Assembly (NCBI GenBank): GCA_964035575.1 | Contig: OZ037834.1 | Span: forward strand, 1,302,001 to 1,366,000 | Reading direction: 5' to 3' | Length of the DNA stretch: 64,000 nucleotides | DNA from: Rhynchopus sp. YZ270_cl-10 | Taxonomy: Eukaryota | In this document: positions 22,101 through 32,280 of the stretch, piece after piece | Layout of the letters: each line of letters opens with the position of its first letter | Position numbering within the stretch: position 1 is the first letter of the stretch | The notes under the pieces: generated by a model | The model's input: the letters and a program-made list of their open reading frames with translations, nothing else | Told to the model about the DNA's origin: nothing | Database searches by the model: none | Program-made: the position numbers and the translations under genes

Positions 22101-24103
22101 GCCTCGAGCGTCAACAACGTGGACATGCGCGAGCCGGGCTCCTTCTCGAGGTCCTTCAGGTACGTCGGCTCAGAGAGGTAGCAGTTCACATCACGCGGCA
22201 CGTTCGTAAAGTACCCCTCCAGGGACTCACGCGCCCACTGAATCGTATGCTCAATCGCATTGGGGAAGCTCTTCAGGGTGCAATACGGTACTGTCTTCTC
22301 CGGGGGGTCTCTGGAGCTGCCGTACGACTCTGTGATGTGTGGCGCCACAACCTGCACGTTCCCCTTGGAGCCGAGGGTGCCCGACTCCAACAGCGGCTTG
22401 CGGAACTGCACACACCGTGAATCAACGTACAGACGTGCCTCGACGTTGTCCAAAGCATTTGTGACGCAATCAATCGAATCCCAGAAGGTGTCGTCAAAGA
22501 TGTGCTCTGTTGAGCTTGCCACCTTCTCGGTCAGGCATTTTATCGTCATATCAGGGTTCATCACCTTGGCAGCTGCCGCAGCGCACTCAGACTTCAGGCT
22601 GCCAATATCCTTTGTACGGAAGAGGAACTGTCTGCTGAGGTTGCTCTTCTCAATCCCGTCCATATCAGTGATGATCACAGACCCCTTTGGAGAGCACCCA
22701 ATACCCAGCATTGCGAAGTTCTTCACAAACTCGCATCCTAACGCGCCAGCACCGACAACGAAGAACTTCGACTCCTTCACACGCTCTTGGAACTGCTTTC
22801 CGAAGACGGCTGTCATACCGTCATAACGGTTCCCCTGTGGTGCGCAGTCCTCTTGCGACGGAGCGGGGCTTACCAGACACTCCCTTGCATCAAAGTAGAA
22901 CCATTGGTTGATGGGGGTGAACTTCCCGCTTGCTGCCTTCAGAACCTCATGCGCAGCGAACCCACCAATAAGCGCTGCCATCGGATTGATATTCCCAGAG
23001 GCAACCTTTGCAAGCGTTTTGATCAATTCAAGGTCACAGTTTGCGTCGGGAAAGTCCTTATGATGTGCTGTCGCAAGCACAGCAACCGCCTCTGCGTCCT
23101 CCACGCTGTGAGGCGTGGGAAGACGAGAGTGTTGCTTCTCAAAATCATGCAAACCAAGGAACAGAAGATGCAACGTGCCCGGGGCGTCCATCTTCGCAAA
23201 ATCTGTCATCAAAAACTCCGGCGCTTTCGTCGCCTCTGCAAGCGTCTTGAACGGCATATTAACCGGCTGTCTAACTCTCGTCACATACCCTCCCCTAGTA
23301 TACCCAAGCCCTGCCGTGCTGAAGTCCTCACCATCCTTCATCAAAGTGAAACTAAAGGGGCCAACCACCTTAACCTGGTACAGATTAGGGTTTTTAACCT
23401 CAAGGGAAGCATTGTGGAGATGCGGGAACTCTGGAAGGTCTGTGAAGATAACGGTATCACCATCACTGAGTTCGTGGCGGTGGTCTTCGTTGACGGTCAC
23501 AATTTCGCCGAGTTGTGTAATAAGAAGGGTTTTGATTTCCTCACCATCTGTGTCGAATACGGTATGCGCGGGACCATCGTCTACAAAAATACACCCAGAG
23601 AGACCGCGAGACTCTGCGCAGATGAATTTGATCCCAGAGGCCCTGCAAGCATCGTTTTCTGCGGTGAGGTGGGTGGTGCGCTTGTCAACAAAGACAGCAA
23701 CCTGTTGGGATTCGGGGTGCTGCGCGATGCTTCCTGCCTTCCACGTTGCGAGAACGTCTGCAGTTAACTCCGCGGCATCGAGTCTCTTCACCGACACATA
23801 TTTGTTAAGCTCCTGAAGCTTGGCCATGCACGAATCAACACGGTTCTTACCGACATCAGAGGTGGAGTAGTAGAACGCAGAGGATAGGTCGCGCATTGCC
23901 ACGTCGGTAGTGTCGCAGAGGGTGACAGACCGGACACCGGTCAAAATAATGTTCTTTGCAATCTCCATTCCCGTTCCGGTCAGCCCGCTGATCAGCACAT
24001 CCGTACGCCCCAGACGCATCTGTGCATCAGCACCTATCGCATATGCCTGTCTGCTGTACAGTGCCTCGTCGAAGTTTTCATCTAAATCCATCCCTCCAGA
24101 CAT
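19177..24103 (-). CDS. UBA1: Ubiquitin-activating enzyme E1 (five exons, ~1030 aa)
   Basis: Exons 24103-21920, 21630-21532, 21232-20933, 20852-20553 and 19386-19177, all GT-AG and phase 0. Motifs [31 protein letters not shown], catalytic-Cys [21 protein letters not shown] and [13 protein letters not shown], plus a C-terminal UFD. Confidence 0.97.
19578..19805. repeat. Tandem repeats inside UBA1 intron 4
   Basis: About four copies of a 21-bp unit (cacttttctg[g/a]tcgagtagct), then cccaggta repeats; probably the subterminal region of an unresolved element. Confidence 0.65.
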
Positions 24104-24275
24104 TGCCCTTTTTTGTGTCGTTTCTGTCTAAAAAAAATGGGGGGAAGGAGAGGTAGAGAGGGGCCCAATTTTGAAGAAAAATGAGTTGAAAGTTTTTTTT
24201 TAAAAAAAAAGTGGAATCCGAGACATTTTGTTGGAACAAATCGATTATCTAGAGGGGGGGGGTTATCAATTTTTA

Positions 24276-25340
24276 TCAGCAAAAGTCTCTCCTCGACGCG
24301 AATACCAGCGATAAAGGCACTGTGCTGTCCACGCTGGGCACTACCTTTGTGTACCCCAATCCTTGCTCAGCCAAGAACTCCAACACGGCGGGAAGACGTG
24401 CCGCACTACGTGTATGCACCTCGACTATGGTAGTATCCACACGAGACCATGCGGTGCCTACTCCATGCAGAACGGCAAGCTCGGCACCTTCGACATCAAT
24501 CTTCAATAAATGCACTTTGTGGATATGGTGGTCGTTAATCAAATGCTCTAGCCGCCTTACTTCACAGATAATGGGTTCTTTAACTGCATTGAAGACATCA
24601 CCACTGCCACCACCACCCTCCACAGCATCCCCTTCTCGCGACGTTGCGGTAACAGAAGACCCCTTCTGGACTAAAAACCGCTCCACCCCGTCGACATCGG
24701 ATGCCCCATACTGCAATACTACGGGCCGCACATCTTCTTCGTACTGCTCTAGATTCAACCGGAGAACAGCTGCTGTGGAAGGAATCGGTTCTATACAGTA
24801 CACCTTCGGGTTCTCATAGTTCTCCACATTCTTCTCTCGCAGCAATGCTATCAAATTCATCGCAAAAAACCCGGTGTTTGCTCCGCAATCTATGATTGTT
24901 GGCTCCTCATCTTCTATTAGTTCTCCCGTAATATGAGAAAATAGGTCAAATTGACTGAAGTAAGCGGCAATGTGAGGCGCTTGTAGGCTGTAAGCATGGG
25001 GACGATCTTCGTACGCAAAGGTCCCCTGCTCGGGGAGGATGCGGAGGAGCGGGGTGGGGAGGATGGCGCAGTGGCGGTGCCAGTAAGGTACCACCATAGG
25101 GTCGTCTGCGTCGATCGCATCGCTGATAGAGGTGAGCTCGCCGTTGCCTGGTATGGTGCCGCCTTCGCAGCGTACGCGGTCGCCGAAGCTTTGCGCCGCT
25201 ACATCAAAAATGGTGAGTGGTTTGGGTGGTGTGGTGGCGGCGGGGTCGCTTGTGTTCGTGCTCCCTCGTGTCACAACCACCTCCTCCTTATCAAACCGCA
25301 CCCTGCTCTTATAAGAATTTATTAAAGAGCGCCGAAGCAT
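24276..25340 (-). CDS. FkbM-family SAM-dependent methyltransferase, probably mitochondrion-targeted (~354 aa)
   Basis: Motifs IIDCGANTGFF, CIEPIP and LLKIDVEGAELAVLHG. The start MLRRSLINSYKSR resembles a euglenozoan mitochondrial presequence and follows a pyrimidine tract plus AG. Confidence 0.88.
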   Translation of the reverse strand: MLRRSLINSYKSRVRFDKEEVVVTRGSTNTSDPAATTPPKPLTIFDVAAQSFGDRVRCEGGTIPGNGELTSISDAIDADDPMVVPYWHRHCAILPTPLLRILPEQGTFAYEDRPHAYSLQAPHIAAYFSQFDLFSHITGELIEDEEPTIIDCGANTGFFAMNLIALLREKNVENYENPKVYCIEPIPSTAAVLRLNLEQYEEDVRPVVLQYGASDVDGVERFLVQKGSSVTATSREGDAVEGGGGSGDVFNAVKEPIICEVRRLEHLINDHHIHKVHLLKIDVEGAELAVLHGVGTAWSRVDTTIVEVHTRSAARLPAVLEFLAEQGLGYTKVVPSVDSTVPLSLVFASRRDFC

Positions 25341-27793
25341 TTTTTGGGTAATTCTCTGTGATGGAGGGTGGGGGTAGGGGGAGAAGGAGGAGAAAAAATG
25401 TGGGGTAAAAAAAAAAAATTGAAGTTGATGCAGAGAATACACCTCCGACTGACCCACTGTATCGATGCTGGCCCCGGATGAAAGCGCAAACCCTGGGATG
25501 ATTGGGGGGGAAACCTGAAAAAAAAGGAAGGGAAGGCGCTGTTTTTTTTCCCTTTCACTTTTTTTTTTTTTGTGTCGGATTTTTGAGGGGGTTGGGGCTG
25601 CATCCCGTTAATTTTTTTTTCAAAATAGTCACGCAAAAAAAAATTCTTCCCCTTTTGGGTCATCTGAAAAAGGGCTACCTGATAGGGGGGGAGATGTTGA
25701 TATTGGAACAAAAAAAAAATCCGTATCACCCTTTTCAGATGACCCACTTTCAAGCGTCTGGGATTTAGTTATTTTTTTTTGCGCGTTTTTTTTCTTTTTT
25801 TTCCCTTTTTCTTCTGGTCACTCACTACACCTTTTTTAGCCTATACCTTCTCCTTTGCTGTAGTGTTGCTGGTCACTGAAAGTATCTCATGGAAATATCA
25901 GTTCAATGAACAAAAGGAAAAGAAAAGAAAACTAACAACAAGGTCGGAGTAGGTCAAGAAGGTGGTCATTCAGAGTTTTTTTTTGTTTTTGCTCTTTTTT
26001 TGAAAAGATTATATTTATCTGAAGAAGCGTGGGAAACTAGAAGGAAAATGGAAAAAGGGGGGTGCAAATTCTAAAAAAGGGGCAAAAGCAGTGAGCGGAC
26101 AAATTGCCAGTACAAAAAACAATTTTTTTTTTGGGGGCTTTTTTTTGGGTAAAACAAAAAACAACAAAACAATGACAATAACAGGTACAATTTCCCCACT
26201 TAATGTTGCGGAGAGTTGTGCACCTTTTGATTGAGCAAAAAAAAAAAGAGGAAAAAAAAATTGTACCGACAAGAGGAGATTATTTTTTTTTTTTGGACAA
26301 TGTCCTTGGACAGGGGTGGGAGGGGACTGTGGAGATCTAGGGAGAGGAGGGGGTGGGAAACGTCTTCGTACAGTATGTGTTTGTTGTATTGTTTTGAGAG
26401 GGGAGAAAAAAAAAACATAATGTTGGTCACAGTGCTGTTGCCACCTTCGTGTCATTTTCATTTTTCCAGTTTTCTTGACTTCTTCTGCTGAATCTTTTGA
26501 GAAAAAAAAATTTGATCAAATTCTATCATTTCAAACGCCTTTTAAAAAAACACTACATCCGGATCCAACCGGCTGCAAAACTATTTTTTTTAAAAAAAAT
26601 GCAAATTTTCGTGACAAAAAAAAGGATAGGAAATAGTGTTTCCCGTGACACAGTGGCACACAACAAGCCCACCAACAACTTTTTTTTTTTCTTCCTCAAA
26701 AATTGCAAAAAATATTTTGAATTCAACTTCATTTTTGAAGAAAGTGATAGCGATTGCCATTAATTATGCAAGAACTTCAAGAAATCTTATTAATACCTTT
26801 TTTGGGGGAGGAGGGGGTGTGGGTTGGCTGTACAGTCGCACAATGTAAGGGGCGGGAGTAAAAAGGTAGGTTTTGTTCGTTTTGTGTTGTTTTGTATTTT
26901 TTTTTCTCGAAATCTTGCTAAATATTGTCAGTGCATACATCTGTACAGAGCTGCATTTCGTCTCTGGCATTTTTTTTTTTTTTTTTGTTTTCTTTTCTTT
27001 TGTTTTGACCTACTTGACTCGCAACAAACAAAGGACCAAATCTATTCTGAACTTATTTGGACCTACGTTTTCTGGAATGTATAGTTTTTGCACTTTTTTT
27101 CTTCCATTTTTGGTGTGATGGTTTTTATTTTTACTTATTTTGTTATGAAGACTAGGAGAAAAGGAGAGAAACACTAACAAAAAAAATGTAAAATTGTGAT
27201 AGACTTCATATGCTACTGTCACAATGAAACAAAACAAAACAAAAGAATGCGATGATCCTAAGCCTCTCGTGCTTAGTCACCTGATAACAAAGCAAACGTA
27301 CTAGCGGAAATAAAAGAGGACGGTGGGGACGGTAGAGGTGCAGGGGGTAGGGTGGGTTTCAATAAAACAAGAATCTACTTGGGGGTGGAGGGGAGGGGAG
27401 AGAGAGAGAGAGAGCATACACTATGTAGTTGGTTTGATGTCGTACGTAACCAAAAAAAAAAGCCCGTATCTTTGACATTATGTTTATATAAAAAAAAAGC
27501 TTATTAAAGTTGGCAACCACCATACGGTATGTTTTTTGCTGCAATATTCCCCCCCCCACATTGATGCATAATTTCGCGTTACCACTCAAAAATGATCACC
27601 AATTTTAGGGGGGGAAATACCACCTTTTTTTATCATTTTTTTTTTTTTTTTCCCACACATTTTTTTGAAAACTTGAAAAATGAAGCCCTTTTTCAATGAT
27701 AACGTCCCCAAAAAAAATACTAAAAAAAAATCTAGAAAAACTCTACTGACATTTCACACGCACTTTTCAAAACACCTCTCTTTTTCTCCAATC

Positions 27794-30410
27794 TTAACGG
27801 TAGAGCCATGCCCCGGCACGTGGTCTCGGGTGTTCCCGAGCGTAGGCATTTGCCATTCCGAGGCCGTAGTTTGCTGTCGCTCCGAGGGGTGCTGCAGTAC
27901 GACCGATACCTGCTGCAGCGGAACCACAGCGGGGGCGGTTGAAGCCAGCAGAGGGAACGTTGAAGCGCTTGCCAAGCCCTGTAGGGAGACCTGCTGGGGC
28001 ACGGTTGGTGAGGTCGCTGAGGATGCCTCCTGCCGGACGGTCCTTCCCGATCTTCATGCTGTTGCTGCGTCCACGGAGGTCTGCACGCGGCTCTTCGCTG
28101 ACCGGCGCAAGCTTGTTCGCCGGGGCACGCCCACCAGCACGCAGCGACGCACACCCTGGAGTTCTGATGTACCCTGCGGAGTAAGGGTTGCCTGGCATAT
28201 GGGAGTGCATGCTCTCCTCTGCAGCGCCGGTGTATCTGGTGACGAAGGGGTGCTGCAGAACCTCGTCGGCACGCAGGCGGACGACAGGGTCGTAGTGCAT
28301 GAGACGCTGGATCAGGTCCTGAAGTTCAGGGTCCGTGACGGTGATGGGCTGGGGTGCCGATGCTCCGAAGTGTGTCTGGCGCACCATGCGGTTGGAGTCG
28401 AAGAAGGCATGTCTTGCAGTGGTCGACGCGGAGTCTACCAGCCACGAAGGGAAGCGGCCCAGACGGCGCTCCATCTGCTGAAGGTGCTGGGAGTCGCTGT
28501 CGCAGTAGCGTGTGCATTCGAAGACGGTGCGGCCGGTGAAGACCTCGAACAGGATGACTCTGTATGGGGTGTAAATGCAGTGATTTGTGTTTGCAGTGGA
28601 AAAAAAGGGGTAAACAATAGACCATTGTGATGCGAAGGCGGAGGCACCTTGCCACCTCTTACCAAGAAGCCCCGAGTGCAGCTAGTAGACTGCACAAAAC
28701 AAAGAGAAGTTGAAAGTGCAAACAGGCCTCACCGTTCATCGGCAGACGCAGGCATGGTTCTCCGTGGGTTCTCGAACCCCCCAGAGAGCACTTCATTGGC
28801 ATGCACACGGTTACCAAGAAAAGTTGGCATGCGAGCGGTAAAGGGAGGAGGTGGTGGTGGGTGCTGATCCATACCCAAGACTGAACATGTCGGCAGGTGT
28901 GCACCATCCGCTCACAGTGAGCACCTCAGGTGCGCGGTACGGGCGGGTCGTGATGAGCTCCTTGAAGGGCGTCTCCTTGTAGAAGGACGCACTGTGGTGG
29001 TGTGTTTTTGTGAAGGTTGGCAAGGTTATTATTTTGAAATATGGAACAGGTATTTATCTATTAGTTGGGGAGTGGGATTTCGGGGGAAAACAGAAATTCC
29101 CTGAAAAAACTTCCCTGTTTTTTTCCTACAGCAATTCCAGGTGCATTGACTGGCTCCATGGTTTCAGTCCTCAGCGCAAACATGTCACGTCGTGTGATTT
29201 GGAAGATGCTGAGCAGGAACGGGCCCCGAACAGAGTGCAGTGAAGCATGTACTGGACATGCTGAGATGTCGGGGCAGTGAGCAAGGGGATGTATTGTTCG
29301 GAGGACTGTCTGTGTGAGCCAGTGAGGTGAAGGAGATCTGGGCCAATTGCACCCCAATTACTATTTTAGTTTCCTCACCCCAGCTGTACGTAGTCTCTAT
29401 TATTGGTCTACAAAGGTGCAATGCATACCTGCCAAGGTCGCAGATCTGCCAGCCATCTCCCAGTCCAGTGGAGCCCGGGTTCGCGCTGTCGAGCAGGATG
29501 TTCTGTGTGAAGATTTTTTTAGTTATTGTTTCACAGGTTTCCCTAAAAACACCAAAAGTAGGGATCAGAATATGCAAAACCGTTTTTGTAAAAAAAAAAA
29601 AAAAAAAAGTTTGTCAGATGAAATGTGCCTCTCGTGCAGACACATATTTCACCACTATCGTTATCATAACAGGAACACGCCGGATTTGAAAATTTTAACA
29701 GCCTCTTCTGAGACGGTTGTTCTCACTGCCACCCCACCTGTTCACAGTAGTCCAAATAAGGCGTCCAAATAGGTTTGGCGGGTACGTATTTTGAGGTAAT
29801 TTGGCGACTTTTTTGGACCCGTATCATATTTGGGGTACTGTATATCAGGTTGGAGCACGGTACATAACACTGTCTCTCTCAAGCAGATGCACAGAACAGT
29901 AAGACCGGGGTGAACATCGGCCCCTCCGGTTGTGGTTTTGCAGCCCCCTCTGCAACACAAAATGCAAAACTTCGGTTCCAGTGCACCTCTCTCTCATACC
30001 TCAGGCTTCATGTCGGTGTGCACAATGCGGCAGTTGTAGTGGAGGTAGTCCAGCCCGCCTGCAAGCTGCTTTGCGAGCTTTGCGATCTCAGCCTTGTTGC
30101 CCGACCCGAACTTGCGGGAGCGCAGCGAGGGCCCGCAGAGGGCGAAGATGATGCACGGCTGCCCCTCATGCTGGAAGTGGGTAAGCATCTTGCACACACG
30201 GTGCTTCTGTGCAGGGTCGTTGCGCGTCATCACCTTCAGCACCTCCACCTCCCTGCGTGCATCCTCAGCGTACTCACGCTTCAAGATCTTCAGCGCAACC
30301 GGCTGGTTCGTGCTCGTGTCATACGCACGGTATACACGTGCGAACGCCCCCTTACCCACCTCCTGGCTCGTTCTGTACCGTCCCGCCACAAGCTGGTTGT
30401 TGTATGCCAT
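27794..30410 (-). CDS. CMGC protein kinase, CLK/LAMMER-like (four exons, ~455 aa)
   Basis: Exons 30410-30000, 29502-29429, 28991-28875 and 28559-27794 join in frame. Motifs GKGAFARV, VALK, HTDMKPEN, DLG and TRPYRAPE, and the LAMMER-like QHLQQMERRLG. Confidence 0.92.
28703..28815 (+). repeat. Dispersed structured repeat family C (SINE-like), copy in kinase intron 3
   Basis: gaagttgaaagtgcaaac..gcctcaccgttcatcggc..gacgcaggca..ggttctccg.gggttctcgaacccccagagagcacttc; copies near 14920, 42945, 47165, 51282 and 56440, with a 3' part at 16488-16630 and 51680-51818. Confidence 0.75.
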
Positions 30411-31005
30411 GATAAAAAAATGAAGTGGAGAAAGAGTGACAGAAAGAAAGGGGAGGGGGGAGAAAAAAGTGTACAGGTGTGTGGTGTGTGGGTGTGTCTG
30501 GAATGAAGGGGCGAAATAAGATAAATTGGGTGAGTGGGGAGGGGGGCAGTCACGCTTCAAAGGGGGGGCTGTTTTTTTTTTAACTCAGACATTCGAGTTA
30601 CTGGGAAGATCAATCAGGTATATGTTTTTTTTGAGTGAAAAAAAATGAACCCAAACCTCTCGTAGTTAGTCACCTCACACAATATCGGTATCGCACAGCA
30701 TCAGCTGCAGGGCTTTGCACAAAAGGTTTGGCCGGGATGATGACATTTCCCCAGACTGAGTTCAAAATTTTGGCACTCAACGATGTAGTGTTTGAGCATG
30801 CTCACGGTGTAATGTGGATGTACGAAGATTAGACGACAGTCATAGCCTATCAGCCTAGGTACCCCAATGGGCCAAATCCCCGAGGAGATGGCAGATGCGA
30901 GAAATCTGGGGTAATCTTAAAAGAGTTTACAGAAACGTCGTCTCCTATCGTGGTGCGGAAGACGGGGGGAAAACAGATCACATCTCTTTTTTTCCTCCCC
31001 TTTTT

Positions 31006-32280
31006 TCACAAATGAACCCCTTCTTCAGTATCACTCCTTTTCGGCATTCTATCATTAGAACGGAAACGCACATCCATTCTGGTTTCGAGAACCAGTTTGG
31101 TTTGGGAGGGGAGGGCAGCCTTGATGCGGGGAGGACAGATGGAGAAGAGGACACGCATCTTATTGAGATCGTTGACACGGTCGTACGTTAGGAAGAGCGC
31201 CGACCAGAGAATGGGGTGGACACCACCACCACCACCACTCTGCCTTACATCATCTACAACACCACCACCCACCTCAACTGCATGGTTGAACACCTTCTCC
31301 ACCGCCACCACCGCCTCATCATCGATCCCCCTGGCCCCTTTCCGCAATGCCGTCAGCACCACCCCGTACATCTCAGCGTTTGGCGTTACACCCACCCCCA
31401 CCATTTGCTTCCAACAGCCCCATAACCACTGTATTCTTCTCTCCGGGAGCGTCGCGTAAGCCTCAAGCATTGCTACATAGGGCCGCCCCTCCCGAAACCC
31501 TCCAGCATCAAATACAATCCTGGCAATATGGTCTACACCCCGTTTATGACCAAATCGCGCAAAAGCGAGCATCAATTCACCCTGAACGGTTTCCCTATCT
31601 CGTACCGTCATTTTATTTCGTTTAAGACAACGCACTGCATTCAACCCGACCAACTCTTCCTTGCTTTTCGCCAACCTTATCATCAAACATAACGTCCCTG
31701 GTAACGGTGTCAAAATTTTTTCCATTCTTCGATACGCCTCTTTCGCCTCTTTGTTGTGCCCCGCATTTACCAATGTTTTGATGAGATAGTGTGTCTGGGT
31801 TGCTGTTGGATGGATGTCAGAATCTGTTTTTCTCAAAGAAAGGCTTTTGCGGAGTGTATTGGCACAGTCTTCTGCTTCTTTTGTGTGAGAGAGACATTTC
31901 ATGAGACCGTCATAGTGCACAGTTTGGATTGCACCGCGGGATTCAAGCTTTGCGATCATATCACGAACGGTGCTGGTATCGTATACTCTTGCTGCAGAGA
32001 AGAGAACAGTGTTGTACAAACCCCCGCCCTCCACAGCCGCGCAGTTCTCGGCAGACGTTACTGCCTCTAACAAGCCTCTTCGATATTCCTGCAGCTCAGT
32101 TGCCCCCATGGTCCTGTTTTGACTGTATTTCCGTTGGACGAAGGAAACGAATTCATCTTCGGTGAAGCACTCTGAAATGGTATTGTTTCCACTGCTGTGT
32201 ACACGAAACCGCCGTTTGGAAGAGAAAAAAGGAGATGAAGAGGAAGATGCAATACGGATACAGTTTGCGGTGCGTCGCAT
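31006..32280 (-). CDS. Degenerate PPR-like protein, probably mitochondrial (424 aa)
   Basis: Arg/Ser-rich presequence MRRTANCIRIASSSS; PPR-type helices YNTVLFSAAR, HYDGLMKCL, HYLIKTLVNAG..EAKEAYRRM, YVAMLEAY and MVGVGVTPNAEMYGVVL. Confidence 0.8.
   Translation of the reverse strand: MRRTANCIRIASSSSSPFFSSKRRFRVHSSGNNTISECFTEDEFVSFVQRKYSQNRTMGATELQEYRRGLLEAVTSAENCAAVEGGGLYNTVLFSAARVYDTSTVRDMIAKLESRGAIQTVHYDGLMKCLSHTKEAEDCANTLRKSLSLRKTDSDIHPTATQTHYLIKTLVNAGHNKEAKEAYRRMEKILTPLPGTLCLMIRLAKSKEELVGLNAVRCLKRNKMTVRDRETVQGELMLAFARFGHKRGVDHIARIVFDAGGFREGRPYVAMLEAYATLPERRIQWLWGCWKQMVGVGVTPNAEMYGVVLTALRKGARGIDDEAVVAVEKVFNHAVEVGGGVVDDVRQSGGGGGVHPILWSALFLTYDRVNDLNKMRVLFSICPPRIKAALPSQTKLVLETRMDVRFRSNDRMPKRSDTEEGVHL

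Noticed and set aside
28760..28790. GGTTCGA B-box-like motif suggesting a tRNA gene
   Set aside because: No cloverleaf, D-arm or anticodon arm; it is part of family C.
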